Below are positions 18,192 through 27,559 of a stretch of DNA of 64,000 nucleotides, one piece after another. Both the position numbers and the translations under genes were made by a program. This stretch comes from a virus: positions 1-64,000 of IMG/VR virus record IMGVR_UViG_3300017963_000029; one strand, written 5' to 3'. The notes below the pieces were generated by a model, which saw nothing but the letters and a program-made list of their open reading frames with translations, did not search any database and had not been told where the DNA came from. Numbering within the stretch: the stretch's first letter is position 1; each line of letters starts with the position of its first letter.

Positions 18192-18932
18192 ATGCCAAAT
18201 CTAACATCTGCTCGCGACAACTCGGCATACGCCCAGTTCTCGATCGACGATTACGGGCGTCAAGGAGACGAACGTCCCTACCAGGTGGTGCAGCCCGCCT
18301 ACGATGCTCCGAAGTTCCTGGACCGGTTCAACAACCTCGACGCCGCCCTCCGGGAGTGCAAGACGCTCTGCACGCTCCAGGGAAAGCCCTTCCGGGTGGT
18401 CCGGTGGGAGCGCGCCGGCTCCGGAGCGCGCGGCGGCGTTCCCTGTAAGGTCTGCAAGGGATGTCCCCCCTCCCCACGTTTTCCTCAACGACGACCGGGT
18501 GAGCTCCACGGCTATCCTGATGCCACCCCCATCGCAGAGGTGAGACCCGACGGACAGCACATCGTCTACAACCATTGTGGTAAGCCCAAACTGGTCGGCA
18601 GGTCCAACTACGTCGTCAGCCACACCCCCTTCCCGCGCGAGTTTCACCCACGGCCTCTTCGCCAGAACTACCTCGAGGCCGTGAAGACCGCACAGCTGTA
18701 CGCCAGGCGACGAGGCCGGCGCGCGTACATCTGCTCGGACTTCGGCGCGAAGTGCAAAGGGCGCAACCCCAAGTACTGGGTGCCCGTCGTCTACGTGAAC
18801 CCGGGTGGCCTGGCCATGCGTTACCCGGACGACCCCGTTGGCACCACCACCGTCAACCCGGTAGGTCCGGGACAGTTCAAGGAGTTAGTGGCCCAAAGCC
18901 GAGGAGCATCCCTTCTCGGTCAAGGAGCCTGA
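18192..18932 (+). CDS. Hypothetical Cys-containing protein with internal duplication
   Basis: AGGAGG RBS at 18182. RFNNLDAALRECK and RQNYLEAVKTAQ look like repeated units, with LHGY between them. Confidence 0.6.
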   Translation: MPNLTSARDNSAYAQFSIDDYGRQGDERPYQVVQPAYDAPKFLDRFNNLDAALRECKTLCTLQGKPFRVVRWERAGSGARGGVPCKVCKGCPPSPRFPQRRPGELHGYPDATPIAEVRPDGQHIVYNHCGKPKLVGRSNYVVSHTPFPREFHPRPLRQNYLEAVKTAQLYARRRGRRAYICSDFGAKCKGRNPKYWVPVVYVNPGGLAMRYPDDPVGTTTVNPVGPGQFKELVAQSRGASLLGQGA

Positions 18933-18965
18933 GCAGCACCCATTTTTCCCCTGTAGGAGAAAGAC

Positions 18966-19391
18966 ATGCCCGAAACCAACGCAAAATATCTCTGTCCGAT
19001 CGGCAGGGACCGGATCGTCTCGTTCGTGAGCAACAACGGCGCCCCCGTTCCGGAAATCATGGAACAGACGTACTACAACGAGGCCCAGAACAGCGGCGGT
19101 GCCCGGAAGGGCAACCGCAAGATCTCCGCTCTGGTCGAGATCTACGAGGAGATCCCGCGCCAGACCGACGACACCATCCTGAAGATGACGGTCAAGGTTC
19201 CCGCCGGTATCATCTCTCCGCACGTTCAGAGATTCGCGGCCAGCACCCCGCGGCTCTACTACTACCCGCAGGTGATCCTGTCGCCGTACAGCCTGGACTT
19301 CCATCCCCAAGGAGTATGGGGAGAGGTTGAAGTAGGATCCGAAGATCCCGACGAACAACGGTCGAGGTTTGGCTTCACCAGCTCCTGGTGA
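18966..19391 (+). CDS. Hypothetical (structural) protein
   Basis: CCCTGTAGGAGAAAGACATG start context. Confidence 0.65.
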   Translation: MPETNAKYLCPIGRDRIVSFVSNNGAPVPEIMEQTYYNEAQNSGGARKGNRKISALVEIYEEIPRQTDDTILKMTVKVPAGIISPHVQRFAASTPRLYYYPQVILSPYSLDFHPQGVWGEVEVGSEDPDEQRSRFGFTSSW

Positions 19392-19476
19392 AAATCGCAG
19401 AACCCCTGCGCTACCTCATCCAGGTTGATTGGTCGCACAGCGTCATCAACTAACCCCGCGCTCTCGAGAATAGAGT

Positions 19477-19827
19477 GTGGCCGCTATCAACATCGTCTGT
19501 CTTCTCGGGCGTATCTCAAGCCCGGACGCGGGCGTTTCTGTCGACACGTCGGGGGCCCAGCGGAACTCCACCCGCTGGATCTTCGACGTGTCGCACGATA
19601 CCGCGACCACCTCCTTCCGTTTACAACTACGAGACTCTCTCACCGGAGAGGTCAAGGACTACATGATCTCCTCCGTCACATTCACTCCCTTCAACATGGA
19701 GGCCGCCGGCGCGAAGTTAAGGGTGCCCATTATCGAGTCCCCCACGTTGACCATCGAGCTAGATCCACAACTGGGCCTGGCCAGGTACAGGGTCACGGTG
19801 GATACCGTACATACCCTGGAGAGATGA
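19477..19827 (+). CDS. Beta-rich small structural protein
   Basis: GTG start; beta-strand pattern. Confidence 0.5.
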   Translation: MAAINIVCLLGRISSPDAGVSVDTSGAQRNSTRWIFDVSHDTATTSFRLQLRDSLTGEVKDYMISSVTFTPFNMEAAGAKLRVPIIESPTLTIELDPQLGLARYRVTVDTVHTLER

Positions 19828-19834
19828 GGAGCCT

Positions 19835-20182
19835 ATGCCGTTGAAACCCGGAGACCTTTGGTATTACCGCACGAAACAACCGGTGATAGCCAATATCGCT
19901 TACCCGAAGCCGGTCAAGGTACACCTGATCTCCTTCAACCACCTGAACCTCATATCCGAACAGTACATCATGTTGTTCGACAGGGATAAGATACCAAACG
20001 ACGGAGCTTTCCCTCTCGTGGAGTTCACCGCGCCGCCCCAGCGCATGGTCAGCTACACACCTGCTTTTGGTGGAAGGAAATTCAATAACGGGCTCGTGGT
20101 TGCCCTGTCCGCGACCCCCATCACGTTACAGAAAGTAACGGTTCCGGAGATCACCTACCAGATCGAAGGCGTCATCGCATGA
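19835..20182 (+). CDS. Small jelly-roll/penton-like protein
   Basis: Pattern YIMLFD...P..GA.P...F.NGLVVALS; GAGGAG RBS. Confidence 0.55.
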   Translation: MPLKPGDLWYYRTKQPVIANIAYPKPVKVHLISFNHLNLISEQYIMLFDRDKIPNDGAFPLVEFTAPPQRMVSYTPAFGGRKFNNGLVVALSATPITLQKVTVPEITYQIEGVIA

Positions 20183-20715
20183 ACGGCGTTTACGCACAGG
20201 CCGGTGTTTTTGTTTCCGAGGGTAGCTCAGGCCCAGGCACCACCGTCACCAACGTCGACCCGACCGTCAACGACGACGCCACCCAAGGGTACATCCAGGG
20301 GTGGCACTGGATAAACGAAGCCGCAGGCCCTCCTCGCGTCTTCATTCTCGTTGACAATACTCCGGGTGCGGCCAACTGGGACCAGGTAAACGCTCCTTCC
20401 GGAACCGGCATCACCTATGGCGAGCAATACACCTACAGCGATACCACCAACAAAGTAGTCGGACCTCTCAACAACGACCCGGTCCCCGTCGGAGGCCTCA
20501 GTCTCTTTCCGGAAGAAGGCCTCCCTCAGATGTACACCAAAGACTATACCGTGCGTGAAGTGGCGGGAGGTTCCGCGCCCGGTTATTACATTTGTGTTTC
20601 CCCCACGAGCAGTGCTCCAGGAGGAGGTGCGTTCGTAGGAGGAGCCAACCCATCGGGAGGAATAGACACAATCCTTTCCAGTGGAGATGAGGTGCGTGTG
20701 ATTTACCCGGCGTAG
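20179..20715 (+). CDS. Spike/fibre-associated protein
   Basis: DPTVNDDATQGY..G..W.N...FILVDNTPGAANW is a motif of the kind seen in phage fibre proteins. Confidence 0.6.
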   Translation: MNGVYAQAGVFVSEGSSGPGTTVTNVDPTVNDDATQGYIQGWHWINEAAGPPRVFILVDNTPGAANWDQVNAPSGTGITYGEQYTYSDTTNKVVGPLNNDPVPVGGLSLFPEEGLPQMYTKDYTVREVAGGSAPGYYICVSPTSSAPGGGAFVGGANPSGGIDTILSSGDEVRVIYPA

Positions 20716-20734
20716 CCGGTAACAGGAGAAAGAC

Positions 20735-21346
20735 ATGTCAAAACAGGACGCGAAGTGGATTAAGAAGGATGACGTAACCCTCGAAGGCGACGGCGCAGGC
20801 AGTAGCGGAAACCTCCGCGTCAAGGATGACGGCATCGACGAGAACAAGATCAACTCGTCGTCGCTTCTCACCAACGGCGGTCTGAACGGAGGCAGCGGTA
20901 CCAAGCTGTCCCTGGACATCACTGACCTAACTGATGGTTCCGCAGTTGCCGACGATGACCAACTCGCCATCTACGACCAGGACGCCGGGGGCCACCGCCG
21001 CGTCACCAGAGCAGAACTTCTGGCCGGTGCCGCGACCGAACAGAAGATTCAGGAGATGATCACCATCGCTGCCGGGGATATTACCGCCGGATACTTCAGC
21101 CTGGCCAACGACCCGGTGAACAAGGGCTGCGTCAGCGTTACCCCGGTCGGAGGCCCCCAGCAGGTAAACTACGACTCGGTCGGTGGCACCGGAGCCACGC
21201 CCGACTTCGACCTGGACGACTTCGCCACCACCCCCAAACGGGTGAAGATCAACTCGGACGGAACCGACGGTTCCCCCAACCTTCAACCCGCCGCCAACAT
21301 GGATTGGACTGCGGGTGACGTCGTCATCGTCGAATACGAAATCTAG
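20735..21346 (+). CDS. Fibre/spike protein
   Basis: AGGAGAAAGACATG start; LRVKDDGI and DITDLTD..AVADDDQLAIYD fibre-like motifs. Confidence 0.65.
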   Translation: MSKQDAKWIKKDDVTLEGDGAGSSGNLRVKDDGIDENKINSSSLLTNGGLNGGSGTKLSLDITDLTDGSAVADDDQLAIYDQDAGGHRRVTRAELLAGAATEQKIQEMITIAAGDITAGYFSLANDPVNKGCVSVTPVGGPQQVNYDSVGGTGATPDFDLDDFATTPKRVKINSDGTDGSPNLQPAANMDWTAGDVVIVEYEI

Positions 21347-21352
21347 TGACGA

Positions 21353-21916
21353 GTGTCGAAAAATTCCCCGAGATGGCTTGGCCCGTTCACCGACGTTCCT
21401 CAGAAAGTAACGCCGGTAGCGGGCGACCTCGTCCTCATTGGGGACAGCGCGGCAAGTGGTGCAAGGAAATACGCAGAGCTATCTCGTCTTTCTTTGGCTC
21501 GAAGCGGAGGCGCTCTCTACATCTCCGCACCCGCGGCCACCCTTTCAGTGGACGCAACTCCGGTGAAAGCCTCCGGAACCACCACCTCCTTACGTGCCGA
21601 CAACTTCACCCACACCAACGGAAGGCTTACCTATACCGGCGCGGTACAGAAATTCTTTCAGGCGACCGCAGCGATATCCACAAAATCCTCCGTAGGTAAC
21701 GTCGTCCTAAGCATGTACTTCGCAAAAAACGGAGTCGCAGTAGCCGCAAGCGAAATAACTCGAAAAATAGGAACCGCAAACGACGTAGGAGCAGCCCCTC
21801 TCATTCTCCCCATTACCCTCACCCAAAACGATTACATCGAGGTGTTCGTCTCAGTTACCGGCGCAACCCCTGACATAACCCTGGACAAAATGCTCCTTAA
21901 CCTTATCGAAGAATAA
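21353..21916 (+). CDS. Receptor-binding protein with C1q/TNF-like C-terminal head
   Basis: GRLTYTG...YFAKNG...ITLTQNDYIEVFV; N-terminal motif shared with the next gene. Confidence 0.6.
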   Translation: MSKNSPRWLGPFTDVPQKVTPVAGDLVLIGDSAASGARKYAELSRLSLARSGGALYISAPAATLSVDATPVKASGTTTSLRADNFTHTNGRLTYTGAVQKFFQATAAISTKSSVGNVVLSMYFAKNGVAVAASEITRKIGTANDVGAAPLILPITLTQNDYIEVFVSVTGATPDITLDKMLLNLIEE

Positions 21917-22452
21917 TGAAATTAACTCCTGATTGGCTAGACCAGTTCAACACAGGAGGAGTTGCCCAAAAAGCAACCCCGGCCTCCGGTGATCGTGTAC
22001 TCATAGACGACAGTGCTGCTTCGTTCGCGAAGAAGTACACGTTCCTGAGCAACCTACTCGGCAACACTGGAGTTGAATTTGGTTTCGGAGCGTCCATGGG
22101 AAGCGGGGATGTTGGTAAATACTTCCAACCCCATGGAGATGCCAACGGTGGTAAGTTCAGCTCCCTCGACTCTGAAAGCCAACTGGTCTCCCCCGTCAGT
22201 GGCACCATCGAGGCTCTTGCCTGGATAGCTGAAAACAGCCCCATCACCAACGCTGTACTCAAGGTTTGGAAAAACGGCCTAGTGGTAAAAACCATCACGG
22301 TCTCCGGAAGCGGCCCACCCAGCAGCGGAGCCAGCACAGGTCTGAACGTGGCGGTGGCTGTCGGTGATCTGCTCGCCGTTGAATACGACGCTGTAGGTTC
22401 CGGAGGTGACATGAAAAAAACCGCCATCGAGCTTTTCATTAGGGGCGTTTGA
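21916..22452 (+). CDS. Receptor-binding/spike protein, N-terminus paralogous to 21353-21916
   Basis: WLDQF...QKATPASGDRVLIDDSAAS..KKY; beta head ending VAVGDLLAVEY. Confidence 0.6.
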   Translation: MKLTPDWLDQFNTGGVAQKATPASGDRVLIDDSAASFAKKYTFLSNLLGNTGVEFGFGASMGSGDVGKYFQPHGDANGGKFSSLDSESQLVSPVSGTIEALAWIAENSPITNAVLKVWKNGLVVKTITVSGSGPPSSGASTGLNVAVAVGDLLAVEYDAVGSGGDMKKTAIELFIRGV

Positions 22453-23675
22453 TGATTGTAGCCATCATACCTCAAGGAACCGGAAAGATTCGCGTTGAGG
22501 AGTTCCGCGAAGCTGTAGATGAAGCTACAGCAGTCGCCGCCTTCTGTGCTGAATATACGCCTCCGAAAACCCCCGCGGATTACCTGGGCTACAACACCGG
22601 TTGGGTTTCTTATCAATCGCCCGGTAAAAAGAAATTCTGGGCCTATGACTTTTCCTCCCCTGGTCTAGTGGAAGTGGCTTCGCCTTTATTCAAAACTACG
22701 GGGGATGTCCAAACAGAACCTTACCGCAAACCCCAAGACCTTTTGATTTACTACGGTTATCCTAACTCGTTCAATAGTGCGACTTGCGGCTGGAACAACG
22801 AAAAGGTCGCCCAGGAAATGAGTAAGTACGAGATCGTGGTCTTCGGCAACGGCGTGGCCGACCCCACACACCCCGACTACGCCAACACGCTCATCATCAT
22901 CCCGCGACTTAAAGAGCTCCGACCCAACATCAAACTCTTCGGATACGTCGCCGCCACCGAGGCCATCGCTGACTTTAAAACCAAAGTAGACCAATGGTTT
23001 GACCTGGCAGTATACGGTATTTTTGTCGATTCAGCTGGTTACGACTACGGCACGCCGGCCACCAACGGTCGAGACGCTTTCAACGAGCGTATCGACTACA
23101 TCCACAACAAGGCCTACTGCAACGTGGTCTTCGCCAACGCCTGGAACAGCGACCACATCCTGGGTACAGCCGACGACCCCTCTTACCCCAACTCCACCTG
23201 GAATCCCTCATTACACGAATCGCACCTAGGCGGGTACGACTACGTTCTACTTGAATCCTTCCCTATAAATACCACCGTCTGGACTCCAGGATACGAAGAT
23301 AAAGACGAATGGCACGCTCGCGGTGAAAAATTAATGGCCCACCGAGAAACCTACGGCGTCAATCTGGCCGGCGTGGGTATCATCGACAACAGTAACCCCT
23401 CCGGACAAGATCTATTCGACTTTGGTTTCATCTCGGCACTGGCCTGGAACCTGAACGCCTTCGGTACCAGCGACACCTCTTACGCTTCCGGGTCTGCCCA
23501 GGTGAACTGGTGGACCCGGCCCGACGTGACCGGCTTAGGATGCAGCTGGTGTACCGATCCCTCAGTACAAGAAGACGTAAATGACGCAGACGTCTTCTGG
23601 CGTTTTGTTGAGCACGGGAAGTTCATGCTCGATTTTTCAACCGGAGCACAAACAAGCTCCGTAACCAAATGGTAA
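22449..23675 (+). CDS. TIM-barrel glycoside hydrolase-like protein (GH114/spherulin-4-like), putative exopolysaccharide depolymerase
   Basis: LIYYG, IKLFGYV, GIFVDSAGYDYG, FANAWN and LLESF motifs. Confidence 0.65.
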   Translation: MMIVAIIPQGTGKIRVEEFREAVDEATAVAAFCAEYTPPKTPADYLGYNTGWVSYQSPGKKKFWAYDFSSPGLVEVASPLFKTTGDVQTEPYRKPQDLLIYYGYPNSFNSATCGWNNEKVAQEMSKYEIVVFGNGVADPTHPDYANTLIIIPRLKELRPNIKLFGYVAATEAIADFKTKVDQWFDLAVYGIFVDSAGYDYGTPATNGRDAFNERIDYIHNKAYCNVVFANAWNSDHILGTADDPSYPNSTWNPSLHESHLGGYDYVLLESFPINTTVWTPGYEDKDEWHARGEKLMAHRETYGVNLAGVGIIDNSNPSGQDLFDFGFISALAWNLNAFGTSDTSYASGSAQVNWWTRPDVTGLGCSWCTDPSVQEDVNDADVFWRFVEHGKFMLDFSTGAQTSSVTKW

Positions 23676-23678
23676 GCC

Positions 23679-24260
23679 ATGCCCGCCGCCTGGTCCGCAA
23701 AAGACGAACGCCAGTACGAGCACATCCTCGAGAGCTGCCGTACCGGTCGAAAAAAGAGGTCGCTGAATACCTGCAAGCGCATCGCCGCCTCCACCGTGAA
23801 CAAGCAACGTCGGATCGAGAGGCGCACTCTCTCAGAGCTTCAGGCTCCCCTGCTGAATGAAGCCTGCGAGATGACCTACAACTGGGATTACCTCGAAGGC
23901 AAAGAACTCAAAGAAGCCAAAAAGCTCGCCAACGAAGGATTAGTATATCCAGAAGAAAAAGCAAAATACCTGATACTCACTTCAAAAGGTAAGAAGAAAA
24001 TAGGCGCAAAAAAGTGTCTATGGACTTTGAAGGGGAGGAACCCCGATTTCGCAGGTCTTCCCGGATTTCTCTTCGGTGCCGGTGCCGGCACTCTCATGAC
24101 CGCCGGCTACGTAGGACACCCCGCCATTATGCGGGCCGACCTTACCGAAAAAGAAGTTATCGACCTGACCTATGATCGAGCCTCCAAAGGTGTGATGGCC
24201 GCTCTGGCTCTTCTGGGGGCAAGCGTTGCCATCAAACTGCTCTCAAAGGTGAACGTATGA
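23679..24260 (+). CDS. Membrane-anchored multi-segment protein (ChaB-like basic N-terminus)
   Basis: WSAKDERQYEHILES...RIAASTVNK; FAGLPG motif; C-terminal TM. Confidence 0.55.
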   Translation: MPAAWSAKDERQYEHILESCRTGRKKRSLNTCKRIAASTVNKQRRIERRTLSELQAPLLNEACEMTYNWDYLEGKELKEAKKLANEGLVYPEEKAKYLILTSKGKKKIGAKKCLWTLKGRNPDFAGLPGFLFGAGAGTLMTAGYVGHPAIMRADLTEKEVIDLTYDRASKGVMAALALLGASVAIKLLSKVNV

Positions 24261-24709
24261 GCCTCGAGCTACTCACCCCTCAGAAAACAATGGACCGGGC
24301 GCGGAAGCTCTACCGGGCCTTCGGTAAGCTGGGAGGCGCCGTTCAACATCACCCCAAGCTGTACAAGATGTTCTACCCGCGGTACCGAGCCTACAACGAT
24401 TACTATCTGGACCTGAAAAACAACCGCATCGCCCAGGTGTTCGAGTTCACCGCCATCGATGGATGGGTGAAGGAGTTCGCCTTTCTCCGCAGAAAAGCCG
24501 AGGTAGAAGGCGCGGACGTGTCGCGCGTCCCTTTCATCAAGCCCGGTGGTATTATTGCTGACGTACTACCCGACGTACCGGTTCTCCCGGACATTCCGGA
24601 CATTCCCACATCCGAAGAAATTGGTGAAGAGATGTCGGGGGTCGTTCTTCTGGGCGTAGCTGCTCTGGTGGCCGGGGGACTCATCCTCTATTTCACTACT
24701 CGCAAATGA
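24257..24709 (+). CDS. C-terminally anchored membrane protein
   Basis: PDVP/PDIP linker, then GVVLLGVAALVAGGLILYF-TTRK. Confidence 0.65.
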   Translation: MSLELLTPQKTMDRARKLYRAFGKLGGAVQHHPKLYKMFYPRYRAYNDYYLDLKNNRIAQVFEFTAIDGWVKEFAFLRRKAEVEGADVSRVPFIKPGGIIADVLPDVPVLPDIPDIPTSEEIGEEMSGVVLLGVAALVAGGLILYFTTRK

Positions 24710-25104
24710 CCTGGCATGCTGCAGTGGCCGTTACACAACGGCCTGATGGTCGGGTGCTGGGGTTGACCCGCGGCACCAACCTCAACAACATCAACTTCCC
24801 GGGGGGCATGCGGGAACGCTACGACGGCTCCCCGGGGATGACCGTGCGCCGGGAGTTCAAGGAAGAGACCGGGCTCACCATCAAGAAGATGAAACCGCTG
24901 GGGGTCTTCCGGGACGGCAGGAAAGTGGTCCACGCCTTCCAGGTGCTGAAATGGGATGGCGAGCTCAAACCGAGCCCCGAAGGGCGTCCTGTCTGGGTAT
25001 TACCTTCCAGATTGACATCCCCTTCGAGCACCTTCCGCTGGCAGAACGCCGCCCTGCTGCGAAAAGTGGGACCGGTGGTAAGCTATCGGTCAAAGAAACG
25101 ATAA
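24706..25104 (+). CDS. NUDIX hydrolase
   Basis: Nudix box FPGGMRERYDGSPGMTVRREFKEETGL. Confidence 0.9.
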   Translation: MTWHAAVAVTQRPDGRVLGLTRGTNLNNINFPGGMRERYDGSPGMTVRREFKEETGLTIKKMKPLGVFRDGRKVVHAFQVLKWDGELKPSPEGRPVWVLPSRLTSPSSTFRWQNAALLRKVGPVVSYRSKKR

Positions 25105-25118
25105 CCGAAGAGGTTACG

Positions 25119-25502
25119 ATGAAAGTCAGAGACATACTGAACCACCTGCTGCCCGGTGTAGTTGATTTCGACGATTACGAAGACGTGGACTACCACCTGG
25201 CGGAGCAGTTCAAGCTTCTCGGCGCACCTCAAATGACCGGAGGCGCAGATTGGTCCGCAGACTCGGTCTGGAAACTTCACCCCCGCGTGCAGCGTCTCCT
25301 GGGTCTAAAACCCCGTAACCCCAAAATCGACGTCTTTCTGATCTGGTCCGAAGGTGAACCGGACGAGACTCTCATCTTCCTCGCAGGCCTCGCGGACTAC
25401 AAGCTGGGCGGTTACCGCACCAAATACATCCGGGACTTCACGGTGGAAGATCTTCGCAAGCTCGAGCGCGAAGGGTTGTTACGACGATCCAGCAAACGTT
25501 GA
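25119..25502 (+). CDS. Hypothetical protein
   Basis: GAGG RBS before the ATG at 25119. Confidence 0.55.
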   Translation: MKVRDILNHLLPGVVDFDDYEDVDYHLAEQFKLLGAPQMTGGADWSADSVWKLHPRVQRLLGLKPRNPKIDVFLIWSEGEPDETLIFLAGLADYKLGGYRTKYIRDFTVEDLRKLEREGLLRRSSKR

Positions 25503-25509
25503 ATACAAG

Positions 25510-25908
25510 ATGCTAGGCCAGTACATACGAGGATGTCCCTCTTCCGTGCGTCGACTTGTATTTGCTGTACGCAGAGCATTATCCGAGGAGCTTCGGCGCC
25601 CGAAATATCGGGGACACCCTGTTCGATCCGCCGGCCACTGCTACGTGGCCTCCGAGGCGCTCTACCACCTGCTGGGGGGTAAGAAGGCCGGATGGGTGCC
25701 TCGCCGTGTTCAACACGCCGGCGATACCCACTGGTACCTGGTCCATTCCTCCGGGTGTACGGTCGACGCGACCAGCGACCAGTTCTGTACCCCGGTCCCG
25801 CGCCATCTTGCTCGCGGTGCTGGCTTCCTGACAAAACGTCCTTCAAGAAGGGCACAGATCATCATGCAAAGAGTACGTAACCGTGGACGCCGATCGCATC
25901 ACGCATAA
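25510..25908 (+). CDS. Papain/transglutaminase-like small Cys enzyme
   Basis: GHCYVASEALY...THWYL...VDATSDQF gives a C-H-D triad pattern. Confidence 0.6.
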   Translation: MLGQYIRGCPSSVRRLVFAVRRALSEELRRPKYRGHPVRSAGHCYVASEALYHLLGGKKAGWVPRRVQHAGDTHWYLVHSSGCTVDATSDQFCTPVPRHLARGAGFLTKRPSRRAQIIMQRVRNRGRRSHHA

Positions 25909-26308
25909 CCTGTATCTCGGAGGCGCCCCAAAGTCCTGCGGGCCGTTCGACACGGTGGTCCTCGCTGCCGAGGAGCTCCAGGACATCCCTCTGAACTGCC
26001 AGGTGATCCACGCTCCTCTGGACGACGCCGTCCCCACCCCGGACGAGGTGAAGACGGCCATCTACACCGCGCGAGCCGTGCGTCTCCTCCGCCGGCGCGG
26101 GCAGAAGGTGCTGGTCACCTGCGCCCAGGGAATCAACCGGTCGGCTCTGATCGTGGCCCTGTCGCTGATGATGGACGGCGCCTCCGCCAGCGAAGCTATC
26201 CACAAGATACGCTCCCGGCGCCGGGGGACAATGATGCCTCCGCTTTCCAACCGGGCTTTCGTGAAAACGCTCAAGAGATATGAGAAGATGAGGAGACGCC
26301 ATGCCTGA
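25883..26308 (+). CDS. Dual-specificity protein phosphatase
   Basis: LYLGG, PLDD (general acid), VLVTCAQGINRS (CX5R) and SNRAF motifs. Confidence 0.9.
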   Translation: MDADRITHNLYLGGAPKSCGPFDTVVLAAEELQDIPLNCQVIHAPLDDAVPTPDEVKTAIYTARAVRLLRRRGQKVLVTCAQGINRSALIVALSLMMDGASASEAIHKIRSRRRGTMMPPLSNRAFVKTLKRYEKMRRRHA

Positions 26309-27203
26309 ATTCAAACAAGGAGACATCGTTCGCCACACCGGGAAGTTCCTGCGGTCGATCGGTATGTATGCCGGCGCCCCCATCAACGGCCAGGTGGTGG
26401 GTTTCAAGAAGATGGCAGGGCGCCCCTGGCCCGTGGTCGAATGGAGCGACGAGGACTGGGGCACCAAGATGATCAACCCGGCGAACATCGAACTGGACCC
26501 CAGGTACGCTCGACAGAAAGGACGACCGGCTCCTCCGGTACACTTCGACGACATCGCCCCTCCGACGATAATGTACTCCGCGCCCGACGGTCTCGGAGAT
26601 GAAGACTCCCGGTGGTTCAAGGTCCATTGGGTCGCCGGATCCTATGCTGGCGTGCGTGAGGTCCAGGCTGAAGACGGAGAAGAAGCAAAAGCCAAGGTAC
26701 GCGCCTGGGTCCGTAAGCAGATGGCGATCCCCCAGTACTACGAGTCGTACCGGGTCGAGGAGCTCGACGGACTTGAGAACGTGGAGCGAAACTACACCGT
26801 CTCGGTCCTGGGTGTCGAAGGAACGTACCGGCGCCCCCACCTGACTCTGGAAGAAGCAAAAAAGTACGTGCAACAACTGAAGACCCGGTTGTCTCCCGCC
26901 TGGCAGGATAAGATCCGCGTCTACTACCGGGACGGCTCCGAGGTATCTCTCGATGGACTCGGGGGTCACCGCTACAAGCGCCCGCCTCGCGTCGGTACCC
27001 GCGTCCGCTTCACCCCCAACCCGGCGAGCCTGCAGCTGTACTCCAACCCTCCTGCCGAAGGAGAAGAAGGCGAGGTTACCACCATCGCCGGCCCCCGCGG
27101 CCAGATGTCCTTCATGCGCGGCCCGGGTGGAGGCCTCGTCTACGTGGACTGGGACGACCACGGACCGATGGGTGTGAGCCTGTACGACATCGAAAGGGCC
27201 TGA
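26301..27203 (+). CDS. Four-domain polyvalent protein with DGL(G/E) linkers
   Basis: SH3-like first and last domains; domains separated by PDGLG, LDGLE and LDGLG. Confidence 0.7.
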   Translation: MPEFKQGDIVRHTGKFLRSIGMYAGAPINGQVVGFKKMAGRPWPVVEWSDEDWGTKMINPANIELDPRYARQKGRPAPPVHFDDIAPPTIMYSAPDGLGDEDSRWFKVHWVAGSYAGVREVQAEDGEEAKAKVRAWVRKQMAIPQYYESYRVEELDGLENVERNYTVSVLGVEGTYRRPHLTLEEAKKYVQQLKTRLSPAWQDKIRVYYRDGSEVSLDGLGGHRYKRPPRVGTRVRFTPNPASLQLYSNPPAEGEEGEVTTIAGPRGQMSFMRGPGGGLVYVDWDDHGPMGVSLYDIERA

Positions 27204-27205
27204 CC

Positions 27206-27559
27206 ATGAGGCGCGTCGGATTCACAATCGAAAAAGAGACCTACGAAGAACAACGAGAAGCCGGTCGCTACAACCCCGGCCTGGTCGTTCTCTTCAGAGA
27301 TCGAACAGGAAACCACCGCGTCCACATCGGAGCCGGCTACTCCGACGACGTCGAGGTCTACCGAGAAGGCGAAGAGACCTTCATCCTGAGCAAGAACTGG
27401 CGACTCGGCTACGTGGGGTTGGAGATCTACCGGGGTTCCCGGCACATCGGGGAGATGTTCCTGCAGAACAGCCAGGACATCGACGAGATACTCGGCCCCC
27501 AGGGCCTGGACCTCGCGGACTACAACATCATCAAACGCATGGCGCAGTACATCGACTGA
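27206..27559 (+). CDS. Hypothetical protein
   Basis: Coupled in the operon; GC3-rich codons. Confidence 0.6.
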   Translation: MRRVGFTIEKETYEEQREAGRYNPGLVVLFRDRTGNHRVHIGAGYSDDVEVYREGEETFILSKNWRLGYVGLEIYRGSRHIGEMFLQNSQDIDEILGPQGLDLADYNIIKRMAQYID

